Source: Escherichia coli (GTDB taxonomy: Bacteria; Pseudomonadota; Gammaproteobacteria; Enterobacterales; Enterobacteriaceae). From it: DNA of 64,000 bases. Each line of letters opens with the position of its first letter. The stretch's first letter is position 1. The notes under the pieces were generated by a model, which was given only the letters and a program-made list of their open reading frames with translations, was not told the origin of the DNA and ran no database searches. Of this stretch, positions 46,533 through 59,298 are shown in pieces. The DNA lies in NCBI RefSeq assembly GCF_048403405.1, contig NZ_CP183129.1. The stretch is one strand, 5' to 3'. Position numbers and translations under genes: made by a program.

Positions 46533-47918
46533 ATGCTGACATTCATTGAACTCCTTATTGGGGTTGTGGTTATTGTGGGTGTAGCTCGCTACATCATTAA
46601 AGGGTATTCCGCCACTGGCGTGTTATTTGTCGGTGGCCTGTTATTGCTGATTATCAGTGCCATTATGGGGCACAAAGTGTTACCGTCCAGCCAGGCTTCA
46701 ACAGGCTACAGCGCCACGGATATCGTTGAATACGTTAAAATATTGCTAATGAGCCGCGGCGGCGACCTCGGCATGATGATTATGATGCTGTGTGGCTTTG
46801 CCGCTTACATGACCCATATCGGCGCGAATGATATGGTGGTCAAGCTGGCGTCAAAACCATTGCAGTATATTAACTCCCCTTACCTGCTGATGATTGCCGC
46901 CTATTTTGTCGCCTGTCTGATGTCTCTGGCCGTCTCTTCCGCGACCGGTCTGGGTGTTTTGCTGATGGCAACCCTGTTTCCGGTGATGGTAAACGTTGGT
47001 ATCAGCCGTGGTGCAGCTGCTGCTATTTGTGCCTCCCCGGCGGCGATTATTCTCGCACCGACTTCAGGGGATGTGGTGCTGGCGGCGCAGGCTTCCGAAA
47101 TGTCGCTGATTGACTTCGCCTTCAAAACGACGCTGCCTATCTCAATTGCTGCAATTATCGGCATGGCGATCGCCCACTTCTTCTGGCAACGTTATCTGGA
47201 TAAAAAAGAGCACATCTCTCATGAAATGTTAGATGTCAGTGAAATCACCACCACTGCTCCTGCGTTTTATGCCATTTTGCCGTTCACGCCGATCATCGGA
47301 GTGCTGATTTTTGACGGCAAATGGGGTCCGCAATTACACATCATCACTATTCTGGTGATTTGTATGCTGATTGCCTCCATTCTGGAGTTCATCCGCAGCT
47401 TTAATACCCAGAAAGTTTTCTCTGGTCTGGAAGTGGCTTATCGCGGGATGGCAGATGCGTTTGCTAACGTGGTGATGCTGCTGGTTGCCGCTGGGGTATT
47501 CGCTCAGGGGCTTAGCACCATCGGCTTTATTCAAAGTCTGATTTCTATCGCCACCTCGTTTGGTTCGGCGAGTATCATCCTGATGCTGGTATTAGTGATC
47601 CTGACAATGCTGGCGGCAGTCACGACCGGTTCAGGCAATGCGCCGTTTTATGCGTTTGTTGAGATGATCCCGAAACTGGCGCACTCTTCCGGCATTAACC
47701 CGGCGTATTTGACTATCCCAATGCTGCAGGCGTCAAACCTCGGTCGTACCCTGTCACCCGTTTCTGGCGTAGTCGTTGCGGTTGCCGGGATGGCGAAAAT
47801 CTCACCATTTGAAGTCGTAAAACGCACCTCGGTGCCGGTGCTTGTTGGTTTGGTGATTGTTATCGTTGCTACAGAGCTGATGGTGCCAGGAACGGCAGCC
47901 GCGGTCACAGGCAAGTAA
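46533..47918 (+). CDS. dcuC: Anaerobic C4-dicarboxylate transporter DcuC
   Basis: 461 aa polytopic protein; synteny next to dpiA. Confidence 0.92.
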   Translation: MLTFIELLIGVVVIVGVARYIIKGYSATGVLFVGGLLLLIISAIMGHKVLPSSQASTGYSATDIVEYVKILLMSRGGDLGMMIMMLCGFAAYMTHIGANDMVVKLASKPLQYINSPYLLMIAAYFVACLMSLAVSSATGLGVLLMATLFPVMVNVGISRGAAAAICASPAAIILAPTSGDVVLAAQASEMSLIDFAFKTTLPISIAAIIGMAIAHFFWQRYLDKKEHISHEMLDVSEITTTAPAFYAILPFTPIIGVLIFDGKWGPQLHIITILVICMLIASILEFIRSFNTQKVFSGLEVAYRGMADAFANVVMLLVAAGVFAQGLSTIGFIQSLISIATSFGSASIILMLVLVILTMLAAVTTGSGNAPFYAFVEMIPKLAHSSGINPAYLTIPMLQASNLGRTLSPVSGVVVAVAGMAKISPFEVVKRTSVPVLVGLVIVIVATELMVPGTAAAVTGK

Positions 47919-47958
47919 ATAGTCATGCCGGAGGCAAGTTTCCTCCGGCTTTATCATG

Positions 47959-48639
47959 TCACCCACTGTGGTATATGCGTTGCGGTCTGCCAACTTTGCC
48001 GTGAACAATTTCAGCAATAATCAGATGGCGGCTGGCGCAATATTCAAGATAACGTCTGGCAGTGGTGCGGCTGATAGTCAGTGCCTGCGCCACCGTTTCT
48101 GCCGTATGTTGCACACCAGGCTCTTTAAACAGTTTTCGCACTGCGTTTAGCGTCAAGGGGTCAATGCCGGTCGGCAGTTCGTCTTTGGGTTCACCGCGAG
48201 CATAGGCATTAAACATCTCATCAATTTGCTTCTGGCTGGCGCTATCAATACTTTCCAGCATATGTTTACGCTGGCGGAAACGGGTTAGCGTTTGCCCCAG
48301 ACGTTCATAGGCAATTGGCTTAATGAGATAATCAAATACACCACAACGTACGGCTTCAGACACCGTTTCCATATCACTGGCTGCAGTGGTAAACACCACG
48401 TCGCCGGGATAATGCGCCTGCACCAGTTCATGCAGTAAATTAATCCCTCTACCGTCAGGAAGATAGTTATCGAGCAAGATTAGCCCCGGCTTAAAACGCT
48501 CGATCATCATTCGGGCCTGCGCCAGGTTTCCCGCCAGTAATATCTGACTGAATCCGGGAATGTGACGAATATATTCCGCATGCATCTCTGCCAGCGGCGT
48601 TTCGTCCTCAACGATCAATAGGGTTAATGGAGCTGTCAT
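47959..48639 (-). CDS. dpiA: Two-component response regulator DpiA (CitB)
   Basis: 226 aa; receiver domain plus HTH; overlaps dpiB end. Confidence 0.92.
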   Translation of the reverse strand: MTAPLTLLIVEDETPLAEMHAEYIRHIPGFSQILLAGNLAQARMMIERFKPGLILLDNYLPDGRGINLLHELVQAHYPGDVVFTTAASDMETVSEAVRCGVFDYLIKPIAYERLGQTLTRFRQRKHMLESIDSASQKQIDEMFNAYARGEPKDELPTGIDPLTLNAVRKLFKEPGVQHTAETVAQALTISRTTARRYLEYCASRHLIIAEIVHGKVGRPQRIYHSG

Positions 48640-50266
48640 TAGGTTTCACTTTCGGAATATAGATTGAAAATAAGGTACCGCAGGGATCATTATCTTCGAG
48701 AGTGATAACACCACCGCAGCGCGTTACGTAGCTGGCAATCAAGTACAACCCAATGCCATGTTCACCGGGCTCGTCAGCACGCGTACTGACACCCTGCTCA
48801 AATATTTTGTCTCGTAGAGACTCTGGAACGCCGCAGCCCTGATCGGCGACTTCAATCACCACATCATCGCCTTCATCGCTGAGGAATAATTCAACGATCT
48901 TGTTTCCTTCATCGCTACGTAGGCTGGCTTCGAAGGCGTTATCAAGTAAATTGCCAACAATGGCTGCAAACTCGGTGCTGTCCAGTCCTGGCGGCAGTTG
49001 CGAAAGCTGACTTCCGGGGACGATGACCATTTTTAGCCCCAGTTCGCGGGCGCGCTGCACTTTACCAAAAAGCAGCCCCGCCACCTGGCGATCGGCAAAC
49101 GCCTCGCGCAGGCTATCAATAAGCTGTTGCTGGGCCTGAGACTCCCCCTGCACCATCGCCAACACGCGATCATACTCTTTCATCTGCAACAGACCATTGA
49201 GCGTCGACATCCAATTGAGATGCTCGTGTCGCAATGTGCGCAGGCTCTCGACGTATTGTTTAATTTGCGTCAGTTGCGCATTGAGGGTGGATATTTCGTC
49301 TTTACTACGAAAGCTGATAATGGCCCCCAGCAAATCATCACCAGAACGAATAGCTTCCCGGTTGGCAATAACGCTCAGACCGTTAAAGTTCGCCACCACA
49401 TCCTGTCGTTTTTCATCAATCTGTTCGGTAAAGAAATCGGCGGGCCTGACCACTTCAGCAATGGGTTTACCCAACCATTGCCGTCCGGGGGAGCTCAGCC
49501 CCAGCATCTTTCTTGCGTTACGATTGATGGCGGTAATGTAACCGTGCGGATCCACCGCAATGAGCCCTTCATAAACCGAACTAAACAGCGCCTCTTGCTG
49601 ACGGACCACGCGTGCGATTTGCTTTGGCTCCATGCCCATCATCTGCCGACGGATATGCGCGGCCAGGAACCACGACAGCAACATCAGAATCCCTAACAGC
49701 ACGACAAACACGCCAGCCATCGGTAATAAAAACTCAGCCCGCCAGCTATCGATTTTACTCACCAGGTAGCCAATCGACACCACGCCGATGACTTTTCCAT
49801 CGTCATCAAAGATTGGCGTTTTGGCACGCATCGCCATGCCAATTGACCCTTTCCCGGTGATGAAGTAGCTCTCCCCTTTCTCCAGCGCGCCCGGTTTGGT
49901 GAACTGCATAGGATAACCAATTTTCTCCGGATTAGGATGGTAAAGACGAATCGAGTGCCGATCGCCAATCACCACATAATCGAAATCAGTATCTCTTTGT
50001 AATTTGTCAGCGATGGTCGCCAGCCTCTTGTAGTCACGCGTTTTCACTGCGCTGATGATACTGTCATTAGAAGCAATAATTTTTGCCTGATTCATTGCCA
50101 TGTCGCGCACATGAAGCGTTAAATAGTCCTCAAAACTGGCCGTAAAATATTGCGCCAGGGCTGCAATGACAAATATTGAGAACACCAGAATCAGCAAAAA
50201 GATACGCAGCGGAAATGCCAGTCTTTGGAAAAATGCAAACTGTTTATTCTCGTTAAGCTGCAACAT
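48608..50266 (-). CDS. dpiB: Citrate-sensing histidine kinase DpiB (CitA)
   Basis: 552 aa from internal ATG (MLQLNENKQ); two transmembrane segments, periplasmic sensor, HisKA/HATPase domains. Confidence 0.92.
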   Translation of the reverse strand: MLQLNENKQFAFFQRLAFPLRIFLLILVFSIFVIAALAQYFTASFEDYLTLHVRDMAMNQAKIIASNDSIISAVKTRDYKRLATIADKLQRDTDFDYVVIGDRHSIRLYHPNPEKIGYPMQFTKPGALEKGESYFITGKGSIGMAMRAKTPIFDDDGKVIGVVSIGYLVSKIDSWRAEFLLPMAGVFVVLLGILMLLSWFLAAHIRRQMMGMEPKQIARVVRQQEALFSSVYEGLIAVDPHGYITAINRNARKMLGLSSPGRQWLGKPIAEVVRPADFFTEQIDEKRQDVVANFNGLSVIANREAIRSGDDLLGAIISFRSKDEISTLNAQLTQIKQYVESLRTLRHEHLNWMSTLNGLLQMKEYDRVLAMVQGESQAQQQLIDSLREAFADRQVAGLLFGKVQRARELGLKMVIVPGSQLSQLPPGLDSTEFAAIVGNLLDNAFEASLRSDEGNKIVELFLSDEGDDVVIEVADQGCGVPESLRDKIFEQGVSTRADEPGEHGIGLYLIASYVTRCGGVITLEDNDPCGTLFSIYIPKVKPNDSSINPIDR

Positions 50267-50644
50267 TGTTTTCCTTGCGGGTTGTCCCGAGCCTCTTTGA
50301 CGAATGTAATTAAAATGTTGAATCAAAATACATAGATATTAAATATAATCGTGGCAAATTTTATTCATTAAATCAATTAAATCACTTAAACCTGCGGGTC
50401 ACTTCGTAATTACATTAATTAAAAAACTTAAAACCATTAAATAAATAAAAAACCACTAACTCTATGTGAAATAAATCAAAATTTCACGCTGCAATACTCC
50501 TTAGGATGTATAGCGAAAGGAGAAAAAGATATACCTCGATCGCCCCCTTTCTCCCAAGTGAAAATAAAAGGTTATCAGTTTGCAACATCGAACAACATTT
50601 GTTGCAAATCGATAACAACATGCACCTTCAGGATACTATTTATT

Positions 50645-51703
50645 ATGTTCGGCAATGATATTTTCACCCGTGTAAAACGTTCAGAAAATAAAAAAATGGC
50701 GGAAATCGCCCAATTCCTGCATGAAAATGATTTGAGCGTTGACACCACAGTCGAAGTATTTATTACCGTAACCCGCGATGAAAAGCTTATCGCGTGCGGT
50801 GGAATTGCCGGAAATATTATTAAATGCGTTGCTATCAGTGAATCCGTTCGCGGTGAAGGACTGGCGCTGACATTAGCCACCGAGCTAATTAACCTCGCCT
50901 ATGAGCGGCACAGCACGCATCTGTTTATTTATACCAAAACCGAATACGAGGCGCTGTTCCGCCAGTGCGGTTTTTCCACGCTGACCAGTGTACCCGGCGT
51001 GATGGTGCTGATGGAAAACAGCGCCACGCGACTGAAACGCTATGCCGAATCGCTGAAAAAATTTCGTCATCCAGGGAACAAGATTGGCTGCATTGTGATG
51101 AACGCCAATCCCTTTACGAATGGTCACCGTTATCTGATTCAACAAGCTGCGGCACAGTGCGACTGGTTGCATCTGTTTTTAGTTAAAGAAGATTCTTCAC
51201 GCTTTCCCTATGAAGACCGGCTGGATCTGGTGTTAAAAGGCACCGCCGATATTCCACGCCTGACTGTGCATCGCGGCTCCGAATACATCATCTCCCGCGC
51301 TACGTTCCCTTGCTACTTCATTAAAGAACAGAGCGTCATTAACCATTGTTACACCGAAATTGATCTGAAGATTTTCCGTCAGTACCTCGCTCCCGCGCTG
51401 GGTGTAACTCACCGCTTTGTCGGTACTGAACCCTTTTGTCGCGTTACCGCCCAGTACAACCAGGATATGCGCTACTGGCTGGAAACGCCGACTATCTCCG
51501 CACCGCCCATCGAACTGGTTGAAATTGAGCGGCTGCGTTACCAGGAGATGCCGATATCCGCTTCCCGGGTACGTCAACTGCTGGCGAAAAACGATCTCAC
51601 GGCTATCGCGCCGCTGGTCCCTGCAGTCACGCTGCATTATTTGCAGAACCTGCTTGAGCACTCCCGCCAGGACGCGGCAGCTCGTCAAAAGACCCCCGCA
51701 TGA
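50645..51703 (+). CDS. citC: [Citrate (pro-3S)-lyase] ligase
   Basis: 352 aa from MFGNDIFTRVK; ORF-track upstream extension rejected. Confidence 0.93.
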   Translation: MFGNDIFTRVKRSENKKMAEIAQFLHENDLSVDTTVEVFITVTRDEKLIACGGIAGNIIKCVAISESVRGEGLALTLATELINLAYERHSTHLFIYTKTEYEALFRQCGFSTLTSVPGVMVLMENSATRLKRYAESLKKFRHPGNKIGCIVMNANPFTNGHRYLIQQAAAQCDWLHLFLVKEDSSRFPYEDRLDLVLKGTADIPRLTVHRGSEYIISRATFPCYFIKEQSVINHCYTEIDLKIFRQYLAPALGVTHRFVGTEPFCRVTAQYNQDMRYWLETPTISAPPIELVEIERLRYQEMPISASRVRQLLAKNDLTAIAPLVPAVTLHYLQNLLEHSRQDAAARQKTPA

Positions 51704-51717
51704 GAAACAGGTGAAAA

Positions 51718-52014
51718 ATGAAAATAAACCAGCCCGCCGTTGCAGGCACCCTTGAGTCTGGGGATGTGATGATACGCATCGCCCCACTCGATACGCAGGA
51801 TATCGACCTGCAAATCAACAGCAGCGTTGAGAAACAGTTTGGCGATGCAATTCGCACCACCATTCTGGACGTTCTCGCCCGCTACAACGTGCGCGGCGTA
51901 CAGCTGAATGTCGATGATAAAGGCGCACTGGACTGCATTTTACGTGCACGACTGGAAGCCCTGCTGGCACGCGCCAGCGGTATCCCGGCTCTGCCATGGG
52001 AGGATTGCCAATGA
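51718..52014 (+). CDS. citD: Citrate lyase acyl carrier protein (gamma subunit)
   Basis: 98 aa; synteny. Confidence 0.93.
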
Positions 52015-52919
52015 TTTCCGCTTCGCTGCAACAACGTAAAACTCGCACCCGCCGCAGCATGTTGTTTGTGCCTGGTGCCAATGCCGCGATGGTCAGCAAC
52101 TCCTTCATCTACCCGGCTGATGCCCTGATGTTTGACCTCGAAGACTCCGTGGCATTACGTGAAAAAGACACCGCCCGCCGCATGGTTTACCACGCGCTGC
52201 AACATCCGCTGTATCGCGATATTGAAACCATTGTGCGTGTCAACGCGCTGGATTCCGAATGGGGTGTCAACGACCTGGAAGCCGTCGTTCGCGGTGGTGC
52301 GGACGTTGTGCGTCTGCCGAAAACCGATACCGCTCAGGATGTTCTGGATATCGAAAAAGAGATCCTGCGTATCGAAAAAGCCTGTGGTCGTGAACCCGGC
52401 AGCACCGGCTTGCTGGCGGCGATTGAATCTCCGCTGGGCATTACCCGCGCAGTGGAAATCGCTCACGCTTCCGAGCGTTTGATCGGTATCGCCCTCGGTG
52501 CAGAAGACTATGTGCGCAACCTGCGTACAGAACGCTCCCCGGAAGGAACTGAACTGCTGTTCGCACGCTGCTCCATTTTGCAGGCCGCGCGCTCTGCGGG
52601 TATTCAGGCGTTCGATACCGTCTATTCCGACGCTAACAACGAAGCCGGATTCCTGCAAGAAGCCGCCCACATCAAACAGCTGGGCTTTGACGGCAAATCG
52701 CTGATCAACCCGCGTCAGATTGATCTGCTGCACAACCTCTACGCACCGACCCAGAAAGAAGTGGATCACGCCCGCCGCGTCGTAGAAGCCGCTGAAGCCG
52801 CCGCTCGCGAAGGCCTCGGCGTGGTTTCCCTGAATGGCAAGATGGTGGACGGTCCGGTTATCGATCGCGCCCGTCTGGTGCTCTCCCGCGCAGAACTTTC
52901 CGGCATCCGCGAAGAATAA
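52011..52919 (+). CDS. citE: Citrate lyase beta subunit (citryl-CoA lyase)
   Basis: 302 aa from [10 protein letters not shown], overlapping the citD stop. Confidence 0.93.
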
Positions 52920-52929
52920 GGCAATCAAA

Positions 52930-54462
52930 ATGACGCAGAAAATTGAACAATCTCAACGACAAGAACGGGTAGCGGCCTGGAATCGTCGCGCTGAATGCGA
53001 TCTTGCCACTTTCCAAAACTCACCAAAGCAAACCTACCAGGCTGAAAAAGCGCGCGATCGCAAACTGTGCGCCAACCTGGAAGAAGCGATTCGTCGCTCG
53101 GGTTTACAGGACGGCATGACGGTTTCCTTCCATCACGCTTTCCGTGGCGGTGACCTGACCGTCAATATGGTGATGGACGTCATCGCGAAGATGGGCTTTA
53201 AAAACCTGACTCTGGCCTCCAGCTCCCTGAGTGATTGCCATGCGCCGCTGGTAGAACACATTCGCCAGGGCGTGGTTACCCGCATTTATACCTCTGGCCT
53301 GCGCGGTCCACTGGCGGAAGAAATCTCCCGTGGTCTGCTGGCGGAACCGGTGCAAATCCACTCTCACGGCGGACGTGTGCATCTGGTACAGAGCGGCGAA
53401 CTGAATATAGACGTGGCTTTCCTCGGCGTCCCGTCCTGTGATGAATTCGGTAATGCCAACGGCTACACCGGTAAAGCCTGCTGCGGCTCCCTCGGCTATG
53501 CAATGGTTGATGCCGACAACGCGAAACAGGTTGTGATGCTCACTGAAGAACTGCTGCCTTATCCGCATAATCCGGCAAGCATTGAGCAAGATCAGGTTGA
53601 TCTGATCGTCAAAGTTGATCGCGTTGGCGATGCCGCGAAAATCGGCGCTGGCGCGACCCGTATGACCACTAACCCGCGCGAACTGCTTATTGCCCGTAGC
53701 GCTGCGGATGTGATTGTCAACTCTGGCTACTTCAAAGAAGGTTTCTCCATGCAGACCGGCACCGGCGGCGCATCGCTGGCGGTAACCCGTTTCCTGGAAG
53801 ACAAAATGCGTAGCCGCGATATTCGCGCCGACTTCGCCCTTGGCGGTATTACCGCGACGATGGTTGACCTGCACGAAAAAGGTCTGATCCGCAAACTGCT
53901 GGATGTGCAGAGCTTTGACAGCCACGCTGCGCAATCGCTGGCCCGTAACCCCAATCACATCGAAATCAGCGCCAACCAGTACGCTAACTGGGGGTCGAAA
54001 GGTGCATCGGTTGATCGTCTCGACGTGGTGGTACTAAGCGCGCTGGAAATTGACACCCAGTTCAACGTTAACGTGCTGACCGGCTCTGACGGCGTACTGC
54101 GTGGTGCTTCCGGTGGTCACTGCGATACCGCGATTGCCTCTGCGCTTTCCATCATCGTCGCGCCGCTGGTACGCGGTCGTATTCCGACTCTGGTGGATAA
54201 CGTGCTGACCTGCATCACCCCGGGCTCCAGTGTCGATATTCTGGTCACAGACCACGGTATCGCAGTTAACCCGGCACGTCCGGAACTGGCAGAACGTCTG
54301 CAGGAAGCGGGCATTAAAGTGGTTTCCATTGAGTGGCTGCGTGAACGTGCGCGTCTGCTGACCGGTGAACCACAGCCGATTGAATTCACCGACCGCGTCG
54401 TTGCCGTTGTGCGTTACCGCGATGGCTCGGTGATCGATGTTGTGCATCAGGTGAAGGAATAA
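52930..54462 (+). CDS. citF: Citrate lyase alpha subunit (citrate CoA-transferase)
   Basis: 510 aa from MTQKIEQSQ; ORF-track extension rejected. Confidence 0.93.
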   Translation: MTQKIEQSQRQERVAAWNRRAECDLATFQNSPKQTYQAEKARDRKLCANLEEAIRRSGLQDGMTVSFHHAFRGGDLTVNMVMDVIAKMGFKNLTLASSSLSDCHAPLVEHIRQGVVTRIYTSGLRGPLAEEISRGLLAEPVQIHSHGGRVHLVQSGELNIDVAFLGVPSCDEFGNANGYTGKACCGSLGYAMVDADNAKQVVMLTEELLPYPHNPASIEQDQVDLIVKVDRVGDAAKIGAGATRMTTNPRELLIARSAADVIVNSGYFKEGFSMQTGTGGASLAVTRFLEDKMRSRDIRADFALGGITATMVDLHEKGLIRKLLDVQSFDSHAAQSLARNPNHIEISANQYANWGSKGASVDRLDVVVLSALEIDTQFNVNVLTGSDGVLRGASGGHCDTAIASALSIIVAPLVRGRIPTLVDNVLTCITPGSSVDILVTDHGIAVNPARPELAERLQEAGIKVVSIEWLRERARLLTGEPQPIEFTDRVVAVVRYRDGSVIDVVHQVKE

Positions 54463-54465
54463 GCC

Positions 54466-55870
<1,405 letters not shown>

Positions 55871-55919
55871 TTATTTAAGCACTTGATAAAATTGGAATAT
55901 TAATTGTCGGAGAACCCGT

Positions 55920-57383
55920 ATGTCTTTAGCAAAAGATAATATATGGAAATTATTGGCGCCCCTGGTGGTGATGGGTGTCATGTTTCTTATCCCTGTACCT
56001 GACGGTATGCCGCCGCAGGCGTGGCATTACTTTGCAGTGTTTGTGGCAATGATTGTCGGCATGATCCTCGAGCCAATTCCGGCAACGGCGATCAGTTTTA
56101 TTGCGGTTACTATTTGCGTTATTGGCAGTAATTACCTGCTCTTTGATGCCAAAGAATTAGCTGACCCAGCGTTTAATGCGCAAAAACAGGCGCTGAAATG
56201 GGGTCTGGCTGGTTTTTCCAGCACCACGGTATGGCTGGTATTTGGCGCATTTATTTTTGCATTAGGGTATGAAGTTTCCGGGTTAGGTCGTCGCATTGCC
56301 CTTTTCCTGGTGAAATTCATGGGCAAACGCACGCTGACGTTGGGTTATGCGATTGTCATTATCGACATTCTGCTGGCACCGTTTACACCGTCCAACACCG
56401 CGCGTACCGGGGGTACGGTTTTTCCGGTCATTAAAAACCTGCCGCCGCTGTTTAAATCATTCCCGAACGATCCGTCCGCGCGTCGTATTGGCGGCTATTT
56501 GATGTGGATGATGGTCATTAGTACCAGTCTGAGTTCGTCCATGTTTGTCACCGGTGCGGCACCAAACGTACTGGGTCTGGAGTTCGTCAGCAAAATTGCC
56601 GGTATCCAGATTAGCTGGTTGCAGTGGTTCCTCTGCTTCCTGCCGGTTGGGGTTATCTTGCTTATCATTGCGCCGTGGCTTTCCTACGTGCTGTACAAAC
56701 CGGAAATCACACACAGTGAAGAAGTGGCAACCTGGGCGGGTGATGAACTAAAAACCATGGGTGCGCTGACACGCAGAGAGTGGACGCTGATTGGTCTTGT
56801 ATTGCTCAGCTTAGGTTTGTGGGTATTTGGCAGTGAAGTCATTAATGCTACTGCGGTAGGTCTGCTGGCAGTTTCGCTAATGCTGGCCCTGCACGTTGTG
56901 CCGTGGAAAGACATTACCCGCTATAACAGCGCATGGAACACACTGGTCAACCTGGCAACTCTGGTTGTGATGGCTAATGGCCTGACTCGTTCTGGTTTTA
57001 TTGACTGGTTCGCCGGTACCATGAGTACGCACCTGGAAGGATTCTCACCAAACGCAACGGTGATTGTACTGGTTCTGGTGTTCTACTTTGCACACTACCT
57101 GTTTGCTAGCCTGTCTGCGCACACCGCAACCATGCTGCCGGTTATTCTGGCCGTCGGTAAAGGTATTCCGGGCGTACCAATGGAACAACTGTGTATCCTG
57201 CTGGTGCTGTCTATCGGTATCATGGGCTGTCTGACGCCGTATGCAACCGGTCCTGGGGTGATTATTTACGGCTGTGGCTATGTGAAATCAAAAGATTACT
57301 GGCGACTTGGTGCAATCTTCGGGGTGATTTACATCTCTATGCTGCTGTTGGTTGGCTGGCCGATTCTCGCCATGTGGAACTAA
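55920..57383 (+). CDS. citT: Citrate:succinate antiporter (DASS family)
   Basis: 487 aa polytopic protein; synteny at the end of the cit operon. Confidence 0.92.
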   Translation: MSLAKDNIWKLLAPLVVMGVMFLIPVPDGMPPQAWHYFAVFVAMIVGMILEPIPATAISFIAVTICVIGSNYLLFDAKELADPAFNAQKQALKWGLAGFSSTTVWLVFGAFIFALGYEVSGLGRRIALFLVKFMGKRTLTLGYAIVIIDILLAPFTPSNTARTGGTVFPVIKNLPPLFKSFPNDPSARRIGGYLMWMMVISTSLSSSMFVTGAAPNVLGLEFVSKIAGIQISWLQWFLCFLPVGVILLIIAPWLSYVLYKPEITHSEEVATWAGDELKTMGALTRREWTLIGLVLLSLGLWVFGSEVINATAVGLLAVSLMLALHVVPWKDITRYNSAWNTLVNLATLVVMANGLTRSGFIDWFAGTMSTHLEGFSPNATVIVLVLVFYFAHYLFASLSAHTATMLPVILAVGKGIPGVPMEQLCILLVLSIGIMGCLTPYATGPGVIIYGCGYVKSKDYWRLGAIFGVIYISMLLLVGWPILAMWN

Positions 57384-57413
57384 TACGTTCGCCAAACGCT
57401 GAATAAATCATCA

Positions 57414-57450
57414 CGCCCGCCAGGTAAGCCCACCTGGCGGGCTTTTTTAT
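57414..57450 (+). terminator. Rho-independent terminator after citT
   Basis: CGCCCGCCAGGT-aagc-CCACCTGGCGGGC hairpin followed by TTTTTT. Confidence 0.7.
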
Positions 57451-57496
57451 GATTTAATAGATAGTATTCAGTGTATGTATGAGTTCCACACCCATT

Positions 57497-58303
57497 ATGA
57501 AAGCATTCTGGCGTAACGCCGCGTTGCTCGCGGTTTCTCTGCTTCCCTTCTCTTCTGCCAACGCCGTAGCGTTGCAGGCAAAACAGTATGGCGATTTTGA
57601 TCGCTATGTCCTGGCCCTCTCATGGCAAACCGGATTTTGCCAGAGTCAACACGATCGAAATCGTAACGAACGAGATGAATGTCGCCTGCAAACCGAAACG
57701 ACCAACAAAGCTGATTTTCTGACCGTACATGGTCTGTGGCCAGGATTGCCTAAATCGGTTGCTGCCCGTGGTGTTGATGAACGCCGCTGGATGCGCTTCG
57801 GTTGCGCTACTCGCCCAATCCCGAATCTGCCAGAAGCACGCGCCAGCCGGATGTGTTCATCGCCGGAAACTGGGTTATCACTGGAAACGGCAGCTAAACT
57901 AAGTGAAGTCATGCCAGGAGCTGGCGGACGTTCCTGCCTGGAACGCTACGAATATGCCAAACACGGTGCCTGCTTTGGTTTTGATCCGGACGCATACTTC
58001 GGTACGATGGTACGCCTGAATCAAGAAATTAAAGAGAGCGAAGCCGGAAAATTCCTTGCGGATAATTACGGTAAAACAGTGAGCCGCCGTGACTTTGACG
58101 CCGCCTTTGCCAAAAGCTGGGGAAAAGAGAACGTGAAAGCAGTTAAGCTAACGTGCCAGGGTAACCCTGCGTATTTGACTGAAATTCAGATCTCGATCAA
58201 AGCTGACGCCATCAACGCTCCGCTTTCTGCCAACTCATTCTTGCCACAACCACACCCAGGCAACTGTGGCAAAACCTTTGTGATTGATAAAGCAGGTTAT
58301 TAA
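57497..58303 (+). CDS. rna: Periplasmic ribonuclease I (RNase T2 family)
   Basis: 268 aa from MKAFWRNAALLA (signal peptide); the ORF-track start at 57479 is an alternative. Confidence 0.9.
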   Translation: MKAFWRNAALLAVSLLPFSSANAVALQAKQYGDFDRYVLALSWQTGFCQSQHDRNRNERDECRLQTETTNKADFLTVHGLWPGLPKSVAARGVDERRWMRFGCATRPIPNLPEARASRMCSSPETGLSLETAAKLSEVMPGAGGRSCLERYEYAKHGACFGFDPDAYFGTMVRLNQEIKESEAGKFLADNYGKTVSRRDFDAAFAKSWGKENVKAVKLTCQGNPAYLTEIQISIKADAINAPLSANSFLPQPHPGNCGKTFVIDKAGY

Positions 58304-58532
58304 TCCTCTGATTTACAAAACACGCTAATTCGTCTTCCATAAACCATGACGATTAAGATTTATACATAATGCGCTACATTGAGGAATTCCCTGAATGTGA
58401 CGCAAATCACTTCAAAGAGTGAGCAACAGTCAGTATCATCATGTGAGTTAAACCCTCGCCGCCTGACGGTGAGGGTTTTCTTTTGGGTATGTTTATCTGC
58501 GACACTCGCAGTACCGACGACATGGAGTAAAA

Positions 58533-58943
58533 ATGTCCAGACCAACTATCATCATTAACGACCTGGATGCCGAACGCATCGATATTCTGCTGGAGCAACC
58601 CGCCTATGCTGGTTTGCCAATCGCCGACGCGTTAAACGCAGAGTTGGATCGCGCCCAAATGTGTTCGCCAGAAGAGATGCCACACGACGTGGTGACAATG
58701 AACAGCCGGGTTAAATTCCGCAATCTTAGCGATGGCGAAGTGCGTGTGCGCACGCTGGTGTATCCGGCAAAAATGACCGACAGCAATACTCAGCTTTCCG
58801 TTATGGCTCCGGTAGGTGCTGCACTGCTGGGGCTGCGCGTTGGCGATTCCATTCACTGGGAACTTCCGGGCGGCGTTGCAACTCACCTTGAAGTGCTGGA
58901 ACTCGAATACCAGCCAGAAGCTGCTGGCGACTACCTGCTTTAA
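58533..58943 (+). CDS. rnk: Regulator of nucleoside diphosphate kinase (GreA/GreB-like)
   Basis: 136 aa; recognised as Rnk. Confidence 0.9.
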
Positions 58944-59298
58944 TCCCATCTGCACAAGCGATAACTCGCTTTGCCCAGAGGATGCACTCGCATCCTCTTT
59001 CCGCTCAAATATCAACCAGATTTATCATTTTGCTCTTAAGCGCAGCATTCTAATCTGAACTGGTTATTCATCTGCGGAACCTCATATGAGCGAAGCTCTC
59101 GGTATCACTGCATTTTATATATTCATAGCAGCAATTATTGTTGCTGCAGTGCTATACCTTGAACAACGCTGGTAGCGCCTGGTTTTATTTATTTTCCAGC
59201 TCAATAGCAAATTCAGATCAAATCAGCCTCGCAAATCATAGATTCATAACCAATAATGTGCTGTTATGTATACATGCAAAAACAAGGAGAGAATGCTT

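Noticed and set aside
53104-53958. 284-aa minus-strand ORF inside citF
   Set aside because: Antisense to citF; spurious.
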